Shown in pieces: positions 12,608 through 26,900 of a DNA stretch of 51,542 bases. The stretch comes from Priapulus caudatus. Its lineage: Eukaryota. The translations under genes were made by a program, and so were the position numbers. Position 1 is the first letter of the stretch, and each line of letters opens with the position of its first letter. Location: assembly GCF_000485595.1 (NCBI RefSeq), contig NW_014577066.1, positions 1,056,132 through 1,107,673 of the forward strand. Reading direction: 5' to 3'. Under the pieces are notes generated by a model. That model was not told the DNA's origin. It searched no databases and saw only the letters and a list, made by a program, of their open reading frames with translations.

Positions 12608-13450
12608 GCGCTCTCTCTCTCGCGCTGTCTCTTTCTCTCTCTCTCTTCTCTCTCCTTCTCTTTCTCTCTATATATTATATATTATACAATATAAATATAT
12701 TATATATTATATATATTATATTATATATATTATATATATATATATATATTATAGTTCAGAGATACATAGCATTGAAGCAAAGCATTGGTTCGCATGAATT
12801 CGCGAACATCTAAGTTTAAGTAAATAATTTGCCGTTTTCTGTTTTTATTTTCTTGCTGTTATTTCTTCTCCTTGCTCTGTGTTAAACGCGTAACGGACGG
12901 CTAACCGTAACTTTTATGCAACGTTTAGAATAATTAACTAGTTATATTAATTATAATAATATTATTATTAATCTGCCCCTTCTCGTATTAGCGACCAGTG
13001 ATATGCATGAGCGTGAACGCCATCTACCGTCTTTTTCCAAAATGAAGCAGCTTACCACCGTCAATACTCTTCCTTCATAAAAATAATCAGAAATCCATCT
13101 AAGCTGTATAGGTGGCACAGTATGCCAGGCTGTAGGTGGCAACGGGACGCTCCTACTTTAATTCCCTCATATTGCGATCAGATTGAGCTTTCTATGTTGA
13201 TACTTTATCGGATTACAGATCCTGAACGCGTCCTCTATAGATCGACCTCTTATCTCCCCCAGCTCTTTTCTGTTTTTCGCGCGCGCTATCTCTCTCTCTC
13301 TCTCTCTCTCTCTCTTTGTCGCTCTCCTCGCTCGCTCTCTCTCTCTCGCGCGCTCTCTCTCGCGCTGTCTCTCTCTCCTCCCCTCTCTCTCTTATATATA
13401 TTATATATTATTAGTTCAGTTAGATACATTGCATTGAAGCACATCATTGC
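12444..13450. repeat. Two related copies of a (CT)n/(TA)n-containing segment about 800 bp apart
   Basis: tcgacctcttatctcccccagct...cgcgcgcgctatctctc...tagttcag..gatacat..cattgaagca occurs at about 12445-12780 and 13242-13442. Confidence 0.7.
13056..13103 (-). CDS. Tentative 3' exon of the perilipin-like gene (LRWISDYFYEGRVLTV)
   Basis: cag| acceptor and |gtaagc donor, 48 bp, phase 0-0, open frame. No homology evidence. Confidence 0.3.
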
Positions 13451-13579
13451 ATCAGTTATAGCATTGAAGGTTCAGATGATTACGAGAAACGATCGAACTA
13501 CCGATTACAGACACAGATTATAGTTATAGAGTAAGAAGTTCGGATGCAGAGTAGAAACGCGCTTAATATTCTCACTCAC

Positions 13580-13740
13580 GTCATAGTCGGAATCGTCGAC
13601 GGAGTCTACGTCGACGTATTTTCTATGTCGAATGCGCTGCTGATGCACTGTCGTTATCGCTTCCTCCCGGTAATATCATCGAACTTGCGCTTCTTGTCGT
13701 GATCACCGTCACTGAGGAGAGGTTCCATTGCGGGGTTTTC
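13580..13740 (-). CDS. Tentative 3' exon of the perilipin-like gene (ENPAMEPLLSDGDHDKKRKFDDITG/EAITTVHQQRIRHRKYVDVDSVDDSDYD)
   Basis: tttag| acceptor and |gtgagt donor. At 161 bp it is one base short of phase 0-0; a single missing base near 13668 would open the frame. Confidence 0.4.
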
Positions 13741-14479
13741 CTAAACGCCAAGCACAGTTAGATAAATGTGCCATGTTTCGACCTCAAAGAAATAATAGCT
13801 GTAAGAAGCATGGTATAACAATTGTAACCCTGCGGAAGAAGGATCGCTGCATGCGCGTATTCGGCCACGCGAAGTAATTATCTCTAGAAGAGGATAATAA
13901 ACAGTAACCTGTGGAAAGAAAGTTATCTGTATGCGCGTGTTCCACTACGAATGTAATAGTAGTAGAAGCAGATTATATAAATGAAAGTGTTAATGACACC
14001 TGTAGCTCACCACAAAAAAGGACACAAATGAGTGAGTGAGAAGAAGTCAGTTTTAATTGAGCAACCATCGACGTACATTATAGAAACGAAGAGTATATAT
14101 GAGAACTCCCATTATATAATCTTGATAATTATATGTGTAATTTTTTATGTAAAAATAATAAATAATATTATATATAAATTATAAATAATTTATATAACAA
14201 AAATGAAAACACAATTTGTGACGGTAGAATGGCGCTATATCCGCTTTATGTTTCTTAGCATAAATCATTATATCATAATAATAATAATATAATAATAATA
14301 GTATAAATCATAATATGTTCATAGCAGGAATTTTGCCATTAAAGATATTGTCAATGAAATCTTGTAAAACGAACCAGACGAGTGTGACACCACAGACTGT
14401 TTGTTATCTGCGTGTCTATATAATATGCTATAAATTGCCAACACTACCTAATTTGCATAATTTCTTTTTAAATATTAAA

Positions 14480-14816
14480 ATCCCTAGCCCTTATTCATTC
14501 ACATACCAAAAATGAGCAAAATCCGTTGAACCTTGAACTTGACTAATGGCAATTCACATTTTTGCTAAAAAAATCGCCGTGGCCTCGAAAGTACGTCGAA
14601 TGGCGTGCTCCAAAATAGGACGTTTAATATGGAGGCATAGCAGTAACAACTATACCCAATTTCAAACATGTGGGTCAAAACGGTTCCTGAGTTATCGTTT
14701 ACCGTAGCCAAATGTTGACGGACGGACGACGGACGCGCGGACGGACGGACGGACGTACGATCGGACGACGACCCATGGCAATAACTCAGCTTGACGATGT
14801 CAAGGTGAGCTAAAAA
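14480..14816 (+). mobile_element. Helentron-associated non-autonomous element (HINE/DINE-1-like), 3' part
   Basis: (GGAC)n microsatellite at 14717-14770, followed by the stem-loop ctcagcttgac-gat-gtcaaggtgag and an A-tract. This is the classic HINE terminal layout. The 5' boundary is approximate. Confidence 0.6.
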
Positions 14817-15145
14817 CCAACACTATGACCGGAAACTCGCGTATAACCAGTAGGTGTCACCATATTGTAAGTGGCAAAAGCATTCCCTTAATCCAGCCTC
14901 GCTGCCAGTTGGCAGAATAGTAACGTCAAAACGATAAACAATAAAATAGCGTCTCTCTCTGATGATGGAAAATACATATGACATACTATATAAAATAGTA
15001 TAATATTGTACGAATTCGCATGGTTTAAATCACTAATGTATTGGTCACAGTCGATCGTTTCGTAATTATCACTAATAAAAACCGAGATCAGGAATAATTT
15101 AAAAATGTTAAAGGCCTAAATACTTACAAGCTTACATATACTTAC

Positions 15146-15220
15146 AGCTTTAAAGAAATACAAAAAAGATGAATTACCGTCTTGTTTTGAGGGTGATGTC
15201 AAGTAAGATTTGAAGACAGG
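15146..15220 (-). CDS. Tentative internal exon of the perilipin-like gene (PVFKSYLTSPSKQDGNSSFLYFFKA)
   Basis: aag| acceptor and |gtaagt donor, 75 bp, phase 0-0, open and frame-compatible with flanking candidate exons. Confidence 0.3.
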
Positions 15221-15383
15221 CTTTGTAGGAGACGTGGACACGTACACGCGCACAAAGTTTATCAGTTTATTCGGCAGGTAGAGACTCAACCATATGAACG
15301 AGTTATACGGCGGCGAAGCAAGTCGTTTCTTCGGAGTAACCTAAAATAAACAGATGGGTGGAGTACATTAGTATAGCGTTTAT

Positions 15384-17350
15384 AGCCTCGTTCACACGAG
15401 ATAAGACCAAAGATCATATACAATAGATGGGACACTTGACTATATGTTGGGTCACGCGCGACACCTAGCGCCGACCAACGGTGAGTTAGGGTCACGAACG
15501 GAAATTGCATGAGAAAGTATGCGAATATGCCAATCATTTGCGCGGAAAATATCAGTGAGCATGATACATGCCATATTTTAATGGTTCAGGGAAGAACTAT
15601 GAGGACACAGCAGGAGAGGGACTTTTCTCCCCCAGCCAGGAAGTGTTTCATGCTTGCACTACTGGAATTAGAATTTAGAGACGTAATTCCAAAGGTTTAG
15701 GCCTATGGCACATGAGTAAGGTGCGCAAGCCTTCTCATCCCTCACTTATTACAGACAGCACAGTCACTAGCGTGATTCAAATAAAGTATGCAAAGCCCAA
15801 GAATTAATAACAGCTTGTTTGTAAATATCCGCCCTCCATCACGTTCTCCGTTGAGAACAATTGTATGTTTGTATCAGTTAGTAAGAGAAAGAACCGCAAA
15901 TTATTGCTTCACCGCTGTAATGGCAAAATAATTGTTGTTGTTGTTGAACTTACACACGCCAGTCCGGTGCATGGTGGGGGATGCAAGGATTCCCTTGTTA
16001 TCATTTCTGAGCGGTGTGTGCGAGATATGGTTAATTGCTATAGTTAAAATATGATAAAATAGTACCATATATATAGTAATTATTATGTGAATAATACTTC
16101 GATGAGACCAATTCGCTGCAGTATGTTTTTTTCTTGTTTCTATCACCACAAACGAAACACTTATTCCTCCCTCTCTTATAAATTGCAAACCATTTTAATT
16201 ATAATCCGAATTGTATGACTGATCTATATCAATTTGTTATCATTCTCATTACTGTACTTGCAATATAACTTAAGGTGCACAAAATTTGCACTATACTTTC
16301 TACATGCACGAATATTCTACACGGGGTTATGGAGGTGGCTAATTATATTTTATTGAACCGTTACACTGACGTGTTTATATGACGGTTACACTGCCGCTGC
16401 CGACTATGCTGATGTGCACACGAACGTTACCCTGCTTAAAAATGTATTTATCCCTCGTTCTAGTACAGCTAAGTTAACACTGTATGTCAGATTTCGTGCA
16501 AGCTACCTATAGCAATGAGCTTATGAGATAAAAATGTAATTGAACATCTATTTATAATAAATCATGTTGTTTTTACTCGAGCACCTTTCGAGTGGTCGTC
16601 TGCATATATTCTACTGTTGTTAGCAGTCAGCTGGTAAGCTGCCGACCCTAACTCGCCGTTGGTCGGCGCTGGTGTCGCGCGTGCGGACATCGAAACTGTA
16701 TGGCAAGCATAGGCGGCTGTCCCATCTTAATTTATAATGATCTTGCATAAGACCTCGTAATAAAACCTCGTAATAAGAATCGTAATAAGACCTCGTATTT
16801 ATGAAATACGGTATTTGCGAAATACCAAATCTGAGACAAATACGCGGCGAGCGTTTCACACGCTGATTCAGCGGCCTCCAGAAATACAGGTATTTGCGAG
16901 CTGCGAGCTGCCTTTTAAACAATCAGCGAACAATGCGAATAAAAAAGTTGCGATCGCACCAACTGCCCAATTAAAATACGTGCACTGGTCCGCGCTCGAC
17001 AGTTCACTCGCGTTACATTCTGACTGTCGAGCGCGGACCAGTCTATTAAATACGCGAGCTCAGAAATCCGCGTATTTTCAGCGTTCACACGAGAAATGCC
17101 GGTCCAAGATCGGTATTTCTCAAGTGCACCGCAAATTATTCGGCGGTCTGGAAGCGGCCGTATTACATCAAAATGCCGGATCTGTTTTAGATACCGTATT
17201 TCTTGGCACCGCGCATTGTTGCCTCGTGTGGACGCATAAATACCGCGATTTCTTGCTACGCTCGTAACGCGGCTTATACGTATTTTATCGGCAGTGTTGG
17301 TGCGCATTGCATGTATTTCATAAATACGAGGTCTCCGTGTGAACGAGGCT
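15384..17350. mobile_element. Harbinger-like MITE split by a ~1.39-kb nested insertion
   Basis: TIR agcctcgttcacacgaga (15384) / tctc(c)gtgtgaacgaggct (17350) with 3-bp TSD tat. The left TIR resumes at about 16789 (gacctcgtatttatgaaatac), the inverse of 17313-17333. Internal cgttcacac subterminal motifs are present. Confidence 0.7.
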
Positions 17351-18154
17351 TATTAACTAGAGCTAGTCTGCGACGAGCTAGGCAGGTGTCATTACCTTTT
17401 TTTTTTTTTAACGAGGTAGCAATCTAACTCTAATTCTTGCCGACGTTAGCATCAAAGTTTCGATGAGATGTGCTAGGTATGATTTGCGATGTTTACAGCG
17501 CAAGGCTCTAGATTTTACGGAGACGGTGAAAGCACTAAGTCATGCAGACGACTTGTCTGACTCTGCTGCGATGCCCATGCAGCGTATGCGTTACATTCGT
17601 TACTTTAGGCTGCCTACACGTGTTTAAGTGTATCGCGAATATTTTTGTTTTTAAAACGATGATCAACTCGCCGCGAAAGGAATACTACGAGGATACAAAC
17701 CCGGATTGCGTTCTCGAATAGCGCTCTCTTAGAGGACTGCGATGGTATTGGAACACATTACTTCCTTAAAGTGATGTCGGCTCAGACCTCAGGCAGACTG
17801 AACCTATAAGCCATTACGGTCCTGTATGAAGTATCTGTATTGAAAAGCCGCTAAATACATATTGTATCCTCTATTTCTATTTGTTTTAATTGAAGATCGT
17901 GATAATTTTTGATTGGGTTAATGCGCACCACACACTGATTTACATGAAATCGTCATACGAGAGTGTTGAGTTGAAGCTAAGAAGCTAGAGATAGATGATC
18001 GGTGAAAATATGTTTGAAATGAATCGCTGCCGTCTGCCGACTGCTGTTTGCAACGAACTACTGCAGCGAATATTGCGCAAAAACGTGGCTACTGATAGCG
18101 GTGTAGAACGCTACTCACGCGAGGGCGAGGAGTATCCGGACACACCAGAAAACA

Positions 18155-21100
18155 GGGAGTTTGCCTAGAAACACCGCGCGTCGAAGGAGGGTCACGTGAT
18201 GTGGCTGCACTTGTGTTAGGATTAGCGGTTTAAGGGTCAGGGTTAGGGGTTTAGGCTTAGGCTTAGGCCTTCAGGGCCTAGCGGCCTAGGCGCACTAGCG
18301 GCTAGCGGCTAGGGCTAGGTCTAGGGCTAGGCGCTAGGGCTACGGTCTAGCGGCTAGGGCTAGGGCTAAGGCTGCGGCTGGCTAGCGGTAGGGCTTAGGG
18401 CTAGGGCTAGCGCTAGGGCTAAGGTTAGGGTTAGGGTTAGGGCTTAGGGTAGGCGTTAGAGGTTAGGGAAATAAGGCCATGTCTAGCACGCGAAGCATGA
18501 CTGCTGGAATCTTTCTGTGGAAGATTGAACTTTGAAGCGTACTGAATTACTAGTGCTGCTCAGCGTAACGCGCCCCCTCCTTCGACGCCCCGTGTTCTGC
18601 TTATCTCTGTTATCTTTATGTGAATGCTTATTTCTTACTCATCATTCCTGCTTATAGTGTAATCGTATACTGCTCGTATTTCTGGCCACGGTTCTGTTCT
18701 TGTTTTTGCGCGGTATTTAGGCTGTTCAGCCTGCGCTGCCGGGTTCGGCTCGCTTACATTATGTTTTGTAGTCATGTGACTCGCGGGGTTTCCTTGTCCG
18801 CAGTATAAAAGCGTCTGTTGCTGCGTGGCGCTGGCCCTTTTGCTGCTTGTCGCCGTATTATAACGTTCCCGTGCGCTCGCGCATTTCTTCCCACGATTGA
18901 CCACCATACATTGTAAGTGTTTTTACTCCTTGCGTTCTCGTCTATTTATAATTTCTTATAATTTGAATCTTTGTTATATAAACGTTGGAATATAGTGAAC
19001 ATGCATGACATGCAGCGAACGTAATATTTAGTTGTGCATTATTTTGATTTACAGTTTTACCTGCACCGTGCGCTCAACGCATTGTGCCTGAGCTAATAAA
19101 TTTGGCAGATAACGGAAAAGATGCCGCAGTTTGGGGTTTTTGATTAATCACGCCCACGGAACGTAACAGCTTAAAACAATGTTGAATCAAGAGCGACTGA
19201 ATAAGAGTTACATGAAGCAAGAGCGACATGGAGTAAAAAATGGTATGAATCAAAGAGTGTAATCATGAGTAAAAGGTTACATGAAGCAAGAAAACATGAG
19301 TAAATAAGGTTACATGAAAGCAAGAAAACATGAGTGAGAATAGCATAGAGCAGGGACTACAATGAGTTAATGCGATATGCGTGCATTGAGGACATGAGCA
19401 AGAAAAGTCTATGAGCCTAAGACTGAGGGAATCTACGTCAAGAATTGACAACATTGGCGGGAGTGCGCAAGAAGTTACAGAGGGAACTCACCTGGGAAAG
19501 GTAACACCATAAGCCGCCTGGTTAGCAGAGCAAGATGATATGAAGAGACGCCCAAGCAAAGACTTCGGATATTAAAGGGAGTATTTTCCGAGTTTGCCTA
19601 ACGCACACAGAGGATTGTCATGTGCTTCTCACTGACGACGGTGATCATTGACGATAGTGATGGGTATCTCTTGTGAGGTCTCAAGATGCAGGTGATATTG
19701 ATGGGGTGAGGAGAAGCCGAATGCATTCCTTCGATAGTCGGAAGTTACCCATCAAGCCGGATGGCATATAAGACGACAAGAGCAGAATATGCACGACTGG
19801 AACCAGCCAGAGCATGTTCCGGAAACATCAAGAAGCCAGCCAGAAAGCAAGAGGAAGAACGTATTAGGAATGGAACGAAGAAAGAATTGTTCCAGGCAAC
19901 AGCAAGAAGCAGCCAGGGAAGCAAGATGAGAAGGTATTAGAATGGAACAAGAAAGGAATGCTTCCAGGAACAGCAAAAAGCATAGCATGAAGCAAGCTAG
20001 AAGAATGTATTAGAATGGAACCAAGAAAGAATGTTTCCAGGAACTACAAGAAAGAGCCAGGAAGCAAGACGGAAGAATGTATTTAAAACGGGACAAGAAA
20101 GAATGTTCAGGAACAGCAAGAAGCAGCCATGAAGCAAGGAGGAAAGAATGTATTAAAAGGGAACAAGAAAGAATGTTCCAGGCAACGCCAAGAAGCAGCC
20201 AGGAAGCAATGATGAAAAAGGTATTAGATGGAACAAGTAAGAATGTTCCAGCGAACAGCAGAAGCAGCCAGAAGCAGAGGAAGAACATAATTAGAATGGA
20301 ACAAGAAAGAATGCCTTCCAGGAAACAGCAAGAACCAGCCAGGGGAAGCAAGAGGAAGATAGTATTAAAGGAACAGGAAAGAATGTTCCAGGAACAGCAA
20401 GAAGCAGCATGAAGCAAGAGGGAAGAATCGCCTATTAAAAGAGGAACAAGAAAGAATGTCCAGGAACAGCCAAGAAGCAGCCATGAATGCGAATGGCAGA
20501 GGACAAGATGCCATTGCAGAAGTAAGGCCCGAGCAAGCCAGCGAAGCTAGAGGGCTGTGGAACGACAAGGACAAGAAGAGCTAAATTGCTGTTGGAAGCA
20601 GAAGGCTTGGCTGATAAGGAATAAGCTAGAGAGCGAAGGCCAAGCTGAATACGGTGATCCGAAAATGGTGGGCCGACATAGAAACGCTATGTATCAGCAA
20701 TGTCAAGATTCCCATTCGTATGATAGAGATGCCCTACGCGTTTTGTGGCCGTGATGGATGCGGCAGAGACGTTGATCCATATTCGCATGACCTCACACGT
20801 ATTTGGGGAGTATGTGTGCGCCAGCAGTTCGACATACGCTTTGCGACTGCGACGGTAAAGGCGACCATGGAGATGTCGACCCTGCGATAGTGACACAGCT
20901 AACTAGATCGTTCACGTCGACGACTGCCCTCAAGTCAGTCGAAACGAAAGCTGAAGCCCAAATAATTATAAGAGCGAACACCGAGACCTGCTACAGAAGG
21001 GCGCGATTTAGAATTAACGCAAGTTCTGTGGAGTGCAACGAGTCGCGAGACCTCTCTCGCGACGCATACCGGAAGGGCAACGAGGACTGAAAGCTATCGT

Positions 21101-23635
21101 GGGATATGAAGTGCCCATCAGATTCTCGGTAGGAAACATGGCGAAATATGGCGAGCGGAACACTACTAGCACCTGAGACCTATAAAGCGTAGCAAGATGT
21201 ATCGTGCCGACCGAATCCACGCTGACGCAGTATGTGAACTTACAATCACTTCAGTGACGCCAGTGAGAAGGCGTAGGGGATGGTTTGTACTTTATGAGAT
21301 GTATAAGTAAGCAAGGCCCGAATACACACACAGCCTTTAGCTAATGAAGCAAACGGTAGCGGTTGGCGCCGATAAAACAACTTACGATCCCACCTTGGAG
21401 TGCAAGCCATGCAGTGTATTATCAGCGAGGATGGACTGTCTATTTAGGCGGAGAGTTGCGAGCTCTGATAAACCAAAGTCATATTTTTGGACTGACAGCT
21501 GAACTGGTTTTTGAAATACATTAAAGAATGAAGCACGGAGTTCCAAGTATTCGTTAGGCCAAACAGCGATTCAGTACCAATTCGACAGCCTGACAGAACC
21601 CTGATCAATCGGTATTATATTGCGAGTGAGATAATCCGGCTTTGCATGTAAGAACAAGAGGCAGAAGCAGCCTGGAGCGCTGCCGGACACCGGCAAAGGT
21701 GGTTTGAAGGCCGTTAGCATGTTAAAACACGTATAAAGCTGAGTGGAATATGCAACGATAGACCGGTGAGGTATCATCACAGATCCAGAGGTGAAGCATG
21801 ACGCAAAAAAAACGAAAGAAGCCTCAAGAATCTGCTGAAAAAGGCATAAACCTCGCGGCTACCCGTAGTATGAGGAAAGCCGCTAGATTAGGCTCATGTG
21901 CATCATTACTCTAGCTCTGCGTATAGGCTTTAAGATGCGGCTCTGTGTTGGTGGATCAGGATAAAATGGATAAAGCTATAGAGCAAAGGTCAAGCTAAAA
22001 TTCGCGCAGATCACATAAGCGTTGATGAAATGGTGTTCAGCCAGACCGGCGAATTATAGTGAAAAGCACGTGCAGATGCAACGCTCGGAGAAGGAAATCA
22101 CCAAATCACGAGGTGTATGATACGCTAAACAGGTCGACGTTCTGGCCCTGAGGAAGCTAACGGCCTGTGCTGGGTTAGGACGGCGGCTTGCTTGTGTAGC
22201 GTGGGAGGCTTCAAACATGCTCAACCAATAGCAATGCTTAATCATTGAAGGATATACATGATAATAGCATCACCTTAGCGTACAGAGTGGGTACTGGCCG
22301 AATGTCGAAGAGCTAAGTTTTTTGGATCGACAAAGGCCGAGATCAGTCATCAGAAAGTGGTCCAGCGATGCGCTGGTTTGACATGCGAAGGCTTTATGCA
22401 TCGCCTTGTACAGCGGAAGATGGCTAGATTTTACTTCTTGAGAGGCTAGAACAAGCAAGCCACGTTTTATACTTACGAGATTAGCATTGTTTTGGACCTT
22501 TTTACGTGAAGCTGGGCAGATCAGCAGACTCAAAGGATATGGCATGTGTGTTCACATGCCTTTCACCACACGCACTGCCGTACACATAGAAAAGTTCAAC
22601 AGTCGTGCCTATCACCAAGGAGCAGCGATGATGTAAGTGATTTCGAAGACGCGCTTTAGCCTAACCGATCTTTTATATGCTACGAGAGGCGCTACGCTTA
22701 CTCCCGGCAAGTTCGAGATTCAGCGGCATGTATCCTAGGCGGCTGAGCCCGTCACGTAACAGCATTCTCGCGATCAGTTCTGGCGCCAAGTGGCTGTGAA
22801 AGAAATACCTGCCAGAGCTGCAGCGTAGAAGCTAAGTGGATTGCCTGCAAAGCAGGAATCATCAAGATTAGGTGATTTAGTGCCTGCGTGCTCCTATGTG
22901 AACGCAAAAACACCCCAAGAGGACTATGGCCGTTGGCCTGCGTGTAGATGTGATAAGGGCAGAGACGGTCCGTCAGATCAGCCAGCAGTGAAAACCAAGG
23001 CGACGCGTATCGTCCGCCCGATCTCAAGATCGTGCCTACTAGAGGGCTAATCCTAAGTTTACTTTTTGTTTGACGTAGATTCAAGGTGGGCGAGTGTTAT
23101 TTCTTCTCATCATTCTGTGTAAGTGTATCGTATACTGCTCGTATTTCTGGCACGGTTTCTGTTCTTGTTTGTTGCGCGGAATTTAGCCCTGTTCAGCCTC
23201 GGCTGCGGTTAGTTTCGGCTCGCTTACATTATGTTTTTTAGTCATGTAACTCGCGGGTTCCTTGGCGCGGTTATAAAAGCGTCTGTTTCGGCGTAGGCGC
23301 TCGGGCCCTTTTTGCTGCTGTGCCGTATTTATACGTTCCCTGCGCCGTCGCCGCATTTCTTCACGATGCACACATACATTGTAAGTGTTCTCTTGGGTTC
23401 TCGTCTAATTCTTATAATTTGAATCTTGTTATCATAACGCTTTGGATATAGTGAACATTGCCATGACATGAGCGACGTAAATTATTTAGTGGACATTATT
23501 TCTGTATGTTTACCAGTTTTACCCTGCACGTGCCGCCTCAAACGCATGTGCCCTGAGTATAAATTGCGAGATAACGGGAAAAGATGCGAGTTGGGGTTTT
23601 GAATTATCACGCCACCGAACGTAACAGCAACACCC
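18155..23635. mobile_element. MULE-like telomere-repeat MITE (copy A), right TIR interrupted by the BEL element
   Basis: Same TIR and flanks as 27399-28478. TTAGGG/CTAGGG array at about 18215-18470. Confidence 0.75.
18625..23626 (+). mobile_element. BEL/Pao LTR retrotransposon, internally deleted (copy A)
   Basis: LTRs at 18625-19168 and 23095-23626 (TG...AACA), with a purine tract before the 3' LTR. Frameshifted gag, RT, RNase H and IN fragments collinear with copy B. Confidence 0.88.
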
Positions 23636-23990
23636 AGGAAACACAGTAATCATAACCTAGCCGCGTTAACTCGGCTCTTATCTCGAAGCAAAAATGCAGG
23701 TAAAATTTAAAACCAGCATATGACGAATCCACTGCGAATAGACACAGAGAAGGCGAATAAAATATCGCAATTTATTCCACTAACGATTTATTAAATTAAT
23801 CAATTATTAGATTACCTTTATTTAAATACACACAATTTATTAATTTAATTATTTAAGTAAGGCTAATTTCGCACGTTATATTCGACCCGAAAACGTTCCG
23901 CGCGTCTAGGTCACGGCCCGATATTAACACATTACGGCACACACACTCGGCGCTACGAGACGCGCTGCGATGTGTGTGTTTGTAACTCAC

Positions 23991-26900
23991 CAGCAGTTTT
24001 GCGCGGCGTTGCCACCAGATGACCAGCCGCGGACGGCGGACTTGATGCGTATGCTCACCCCGCGGCACAACTGTCGGCGCCCGCACCTTCTCGTTCTTGA
24101 AAACACAAACACAGTCACTTGGATTGGCCTTAACTACGATACGCGACATGACAATTGAGAATTAGCGAAGTTCCGTACTTAGACGGTAGAAGAGAGCAAA
24201 TAACCACCGTCACATACCTTCCCGGCGCTTTCTTGGTACCTTCGGCAGTTTTCAGTCTGTACCTAGCTGAGCGCTTATTTTTTATCTTTTCTCGCCTCCT
24301 TCTCCTCTCTCTAGGCTATTTTTTCGTAATCGCTCCCACCATTCTCTTCCTCCATTCTCTCTCTCTCACACGCAACCACTGTCAATATCTGCTCACCATT
24401 CTCTTTTCCTTCTCCCACTGTTCTCTCCTTCCTCTATCTCTCGCAAACACACACCTGGGTATGCTTTTCTTTTCTTTTGACATATACCTACTTACTTTCC
24501 CCTACACCGCACTTTAATTTTTCCAACGCTCGCCACCTATTTCTCTCTGTGTGGCTGTGTCTCTCTCTCTCTCTCTCTCTCGCTCTCTGCTCTCTCTCTC
24601 TCTCTCTCTCTCCCTCTTTCTCTTTCCCTTTCTCACTCCCTCTCTCTCTCCCTCTTCCCTTTCTCTCTATGCCCCTCTCTCTCTCACATGCACTTACCTC
24701 TCTCTTCCCTCTTTCTTCCATCTCTCTCTCGCTCTCTCTCGCTCTCCCCTCTCCCCCTTCTCCTCCTCTCTCCCCTCTCCCCCTTTTCCCCCTCGGGCCT
24801 CTCTCCTTCTCCTTGCTCTCCCTCTCCTCTCTACTTGCCACCCTCACCTGCTACACATGGCCGAGCGTCTGCCTACGATCTCTAATTGGCGTCGACCGCA
24901 GCCTCGTCAGACGGCCACGCACCCATCGAGAGCCCAGCGGTCGCAGCCGTCCCACGCGAGCTACCGCAGCACTGCTGATGCAATAACGTCTTGACTCGGC
25001 CGGAGACGGACTGTTCTGGCACCGTCCAGGTATTCGCCCTCGATTGCTGGCGACGGACGGCGCCGACGTTCAGGTTATTTGACGGCCATCGCGTCACGGC
25101 TATTAGACGCTGGCGCGATGTACGAAGAAATGAATGCACGCAGAATGAATTACAATCGCTGGTTTTGCACCCAGCGCGGCACCGGCAGACTTCGATGCGT
25201 ATGCTACCCCGCGACCCTCCCCTCCCTCCTCTCCGCACCACAGCACACACCCTCCAAAGATAAAAAAAATTTAACGGCACGCACACGCACACGCACACGC
25301 ACACGCACCGACGCCACACGCACACACGAGCACACGCACACGCACACGCACACGCACACGCACACGCACACGCACACACGCACGCACGCGCGCACACACG
25401 CGCACCACACGCACGCACGCACGATACACATGACGCACCACACACAGCTGCACCCGCGTTGCGCGATACACGCACACGCCACGCACGCACACACACCACA
25501 CGCACGCACGCCACGCACGCACGCAAGCAGCGCGCACGCACACAACGCACGCACGCACGCACACACGTACACATGCACACACCATACGCACGCACGCACG
25601 CCACGCACGGCACGCACGCACGCACGCACGCACAGCACGCACATACACGCACGCACGCACACACGCACGCACGCACACGCACGACACACGCACGCACGCG
25701 CACGCACGCCGCACGCACACACCGCGCGACGCACGCTTACGCTTTTCGTTATAGCGTCGGATTGCTATTTCACGCAGAGGCGAAATTTCATACGGCGTTT
25801 AATTTCTTGTTATAATGGTATCGAAAACACCTTACCACAGCCAAATTATGTATAGCAAATATGTAGTGACGGGCGCTTCAATTCCATAAATATATGAGAA
25901 TCATAACTATAATAATAACTTGACCTTGAGGTGATATAGTATACCTTAAGACCACGTGTATTGTGCGACAATGAACCAGGACGTGCCAGATGATAGGGTA
26001 GCTACAGCTATTACGAAAAGATTATTAGCAATTGCCAGCAACGGCCCAACATTTAAACGCAACATACGCTTAATTATAGCTCTGCTTATTATTTGTATAT
26101 ACATGTCAAATTCGGACATGCAATTACGCGGAAACACCCGCGATTAAACAGCGACATCGCATTTAGCCAGTTGAATCAAACTGCTGATAGGCCAGCGGTT
26201 ATTGAAAGTGGGCGGGCAAGGGCTGCCGGTAGAAAAGCAGTCGGTCAGAACTTTCCATCTACTACGCCGTAGATGGGCACGCAGTTTGTTACGCAGCAAG
26301 CATCTCGAAGTGCGCACGGTCTCAACCACACAGCAGCATTATAACAGAGCATATAAATCACATAATCTTATTGGCTGATTATAATATGCTCCTGCAATAT
26401 AATTTATAAAAACAGCGCGGCGCTGTGCCGCGTTAATAAACCTCACTGCCATTTTCGGCGAAACAAACGATATTATATATAGATGCCAAAAGACTGATCG
26501 AGCGTCCACATATCATATAAGCAAGATCCCTTTCGCTCACGCATGAGATTGGCCCCAATGGTAGCACATACATAAATCATTCGGCGATGGCATAAAACAT
26601 CTTCTAGCGGAAATGTACGCCTTAGAGTAGCGCCTATATCGTATATAAAAATAAAAAAACAGTAGCATTTGTTAATAAAACCAGTAAACACCAAACAAGG
26701 CATGTTCATATATCTATTAGACGCTCAGCGTGAGACGCTAAATGGCACGTTTGCTGATGCGAAATTGTCATGTTAGACGAAAGCGTCACAGTGTTATGTA
26801 CAGCGCGATTGTTATATATATCAATAAATAAATAAAATAATATATCCTATAATGTTATGTATGCTTATAATAGCCATTTAGTCGCCGCAAGACTTGAAAG

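Noticed and set aside
18215..18470. Telomere or chromosome-fusion site
   Set aside because: The arrays are short, single-orientation and enclosed by TIRs with TSDs, so they are transposon cargo.
19845..20500. CRISPR-like regularly spaced repeats
   Set aside because: Contiguous 69-bp coding units with no unique spacers and no cas genes, inside a eukaryotic retrotransposon.
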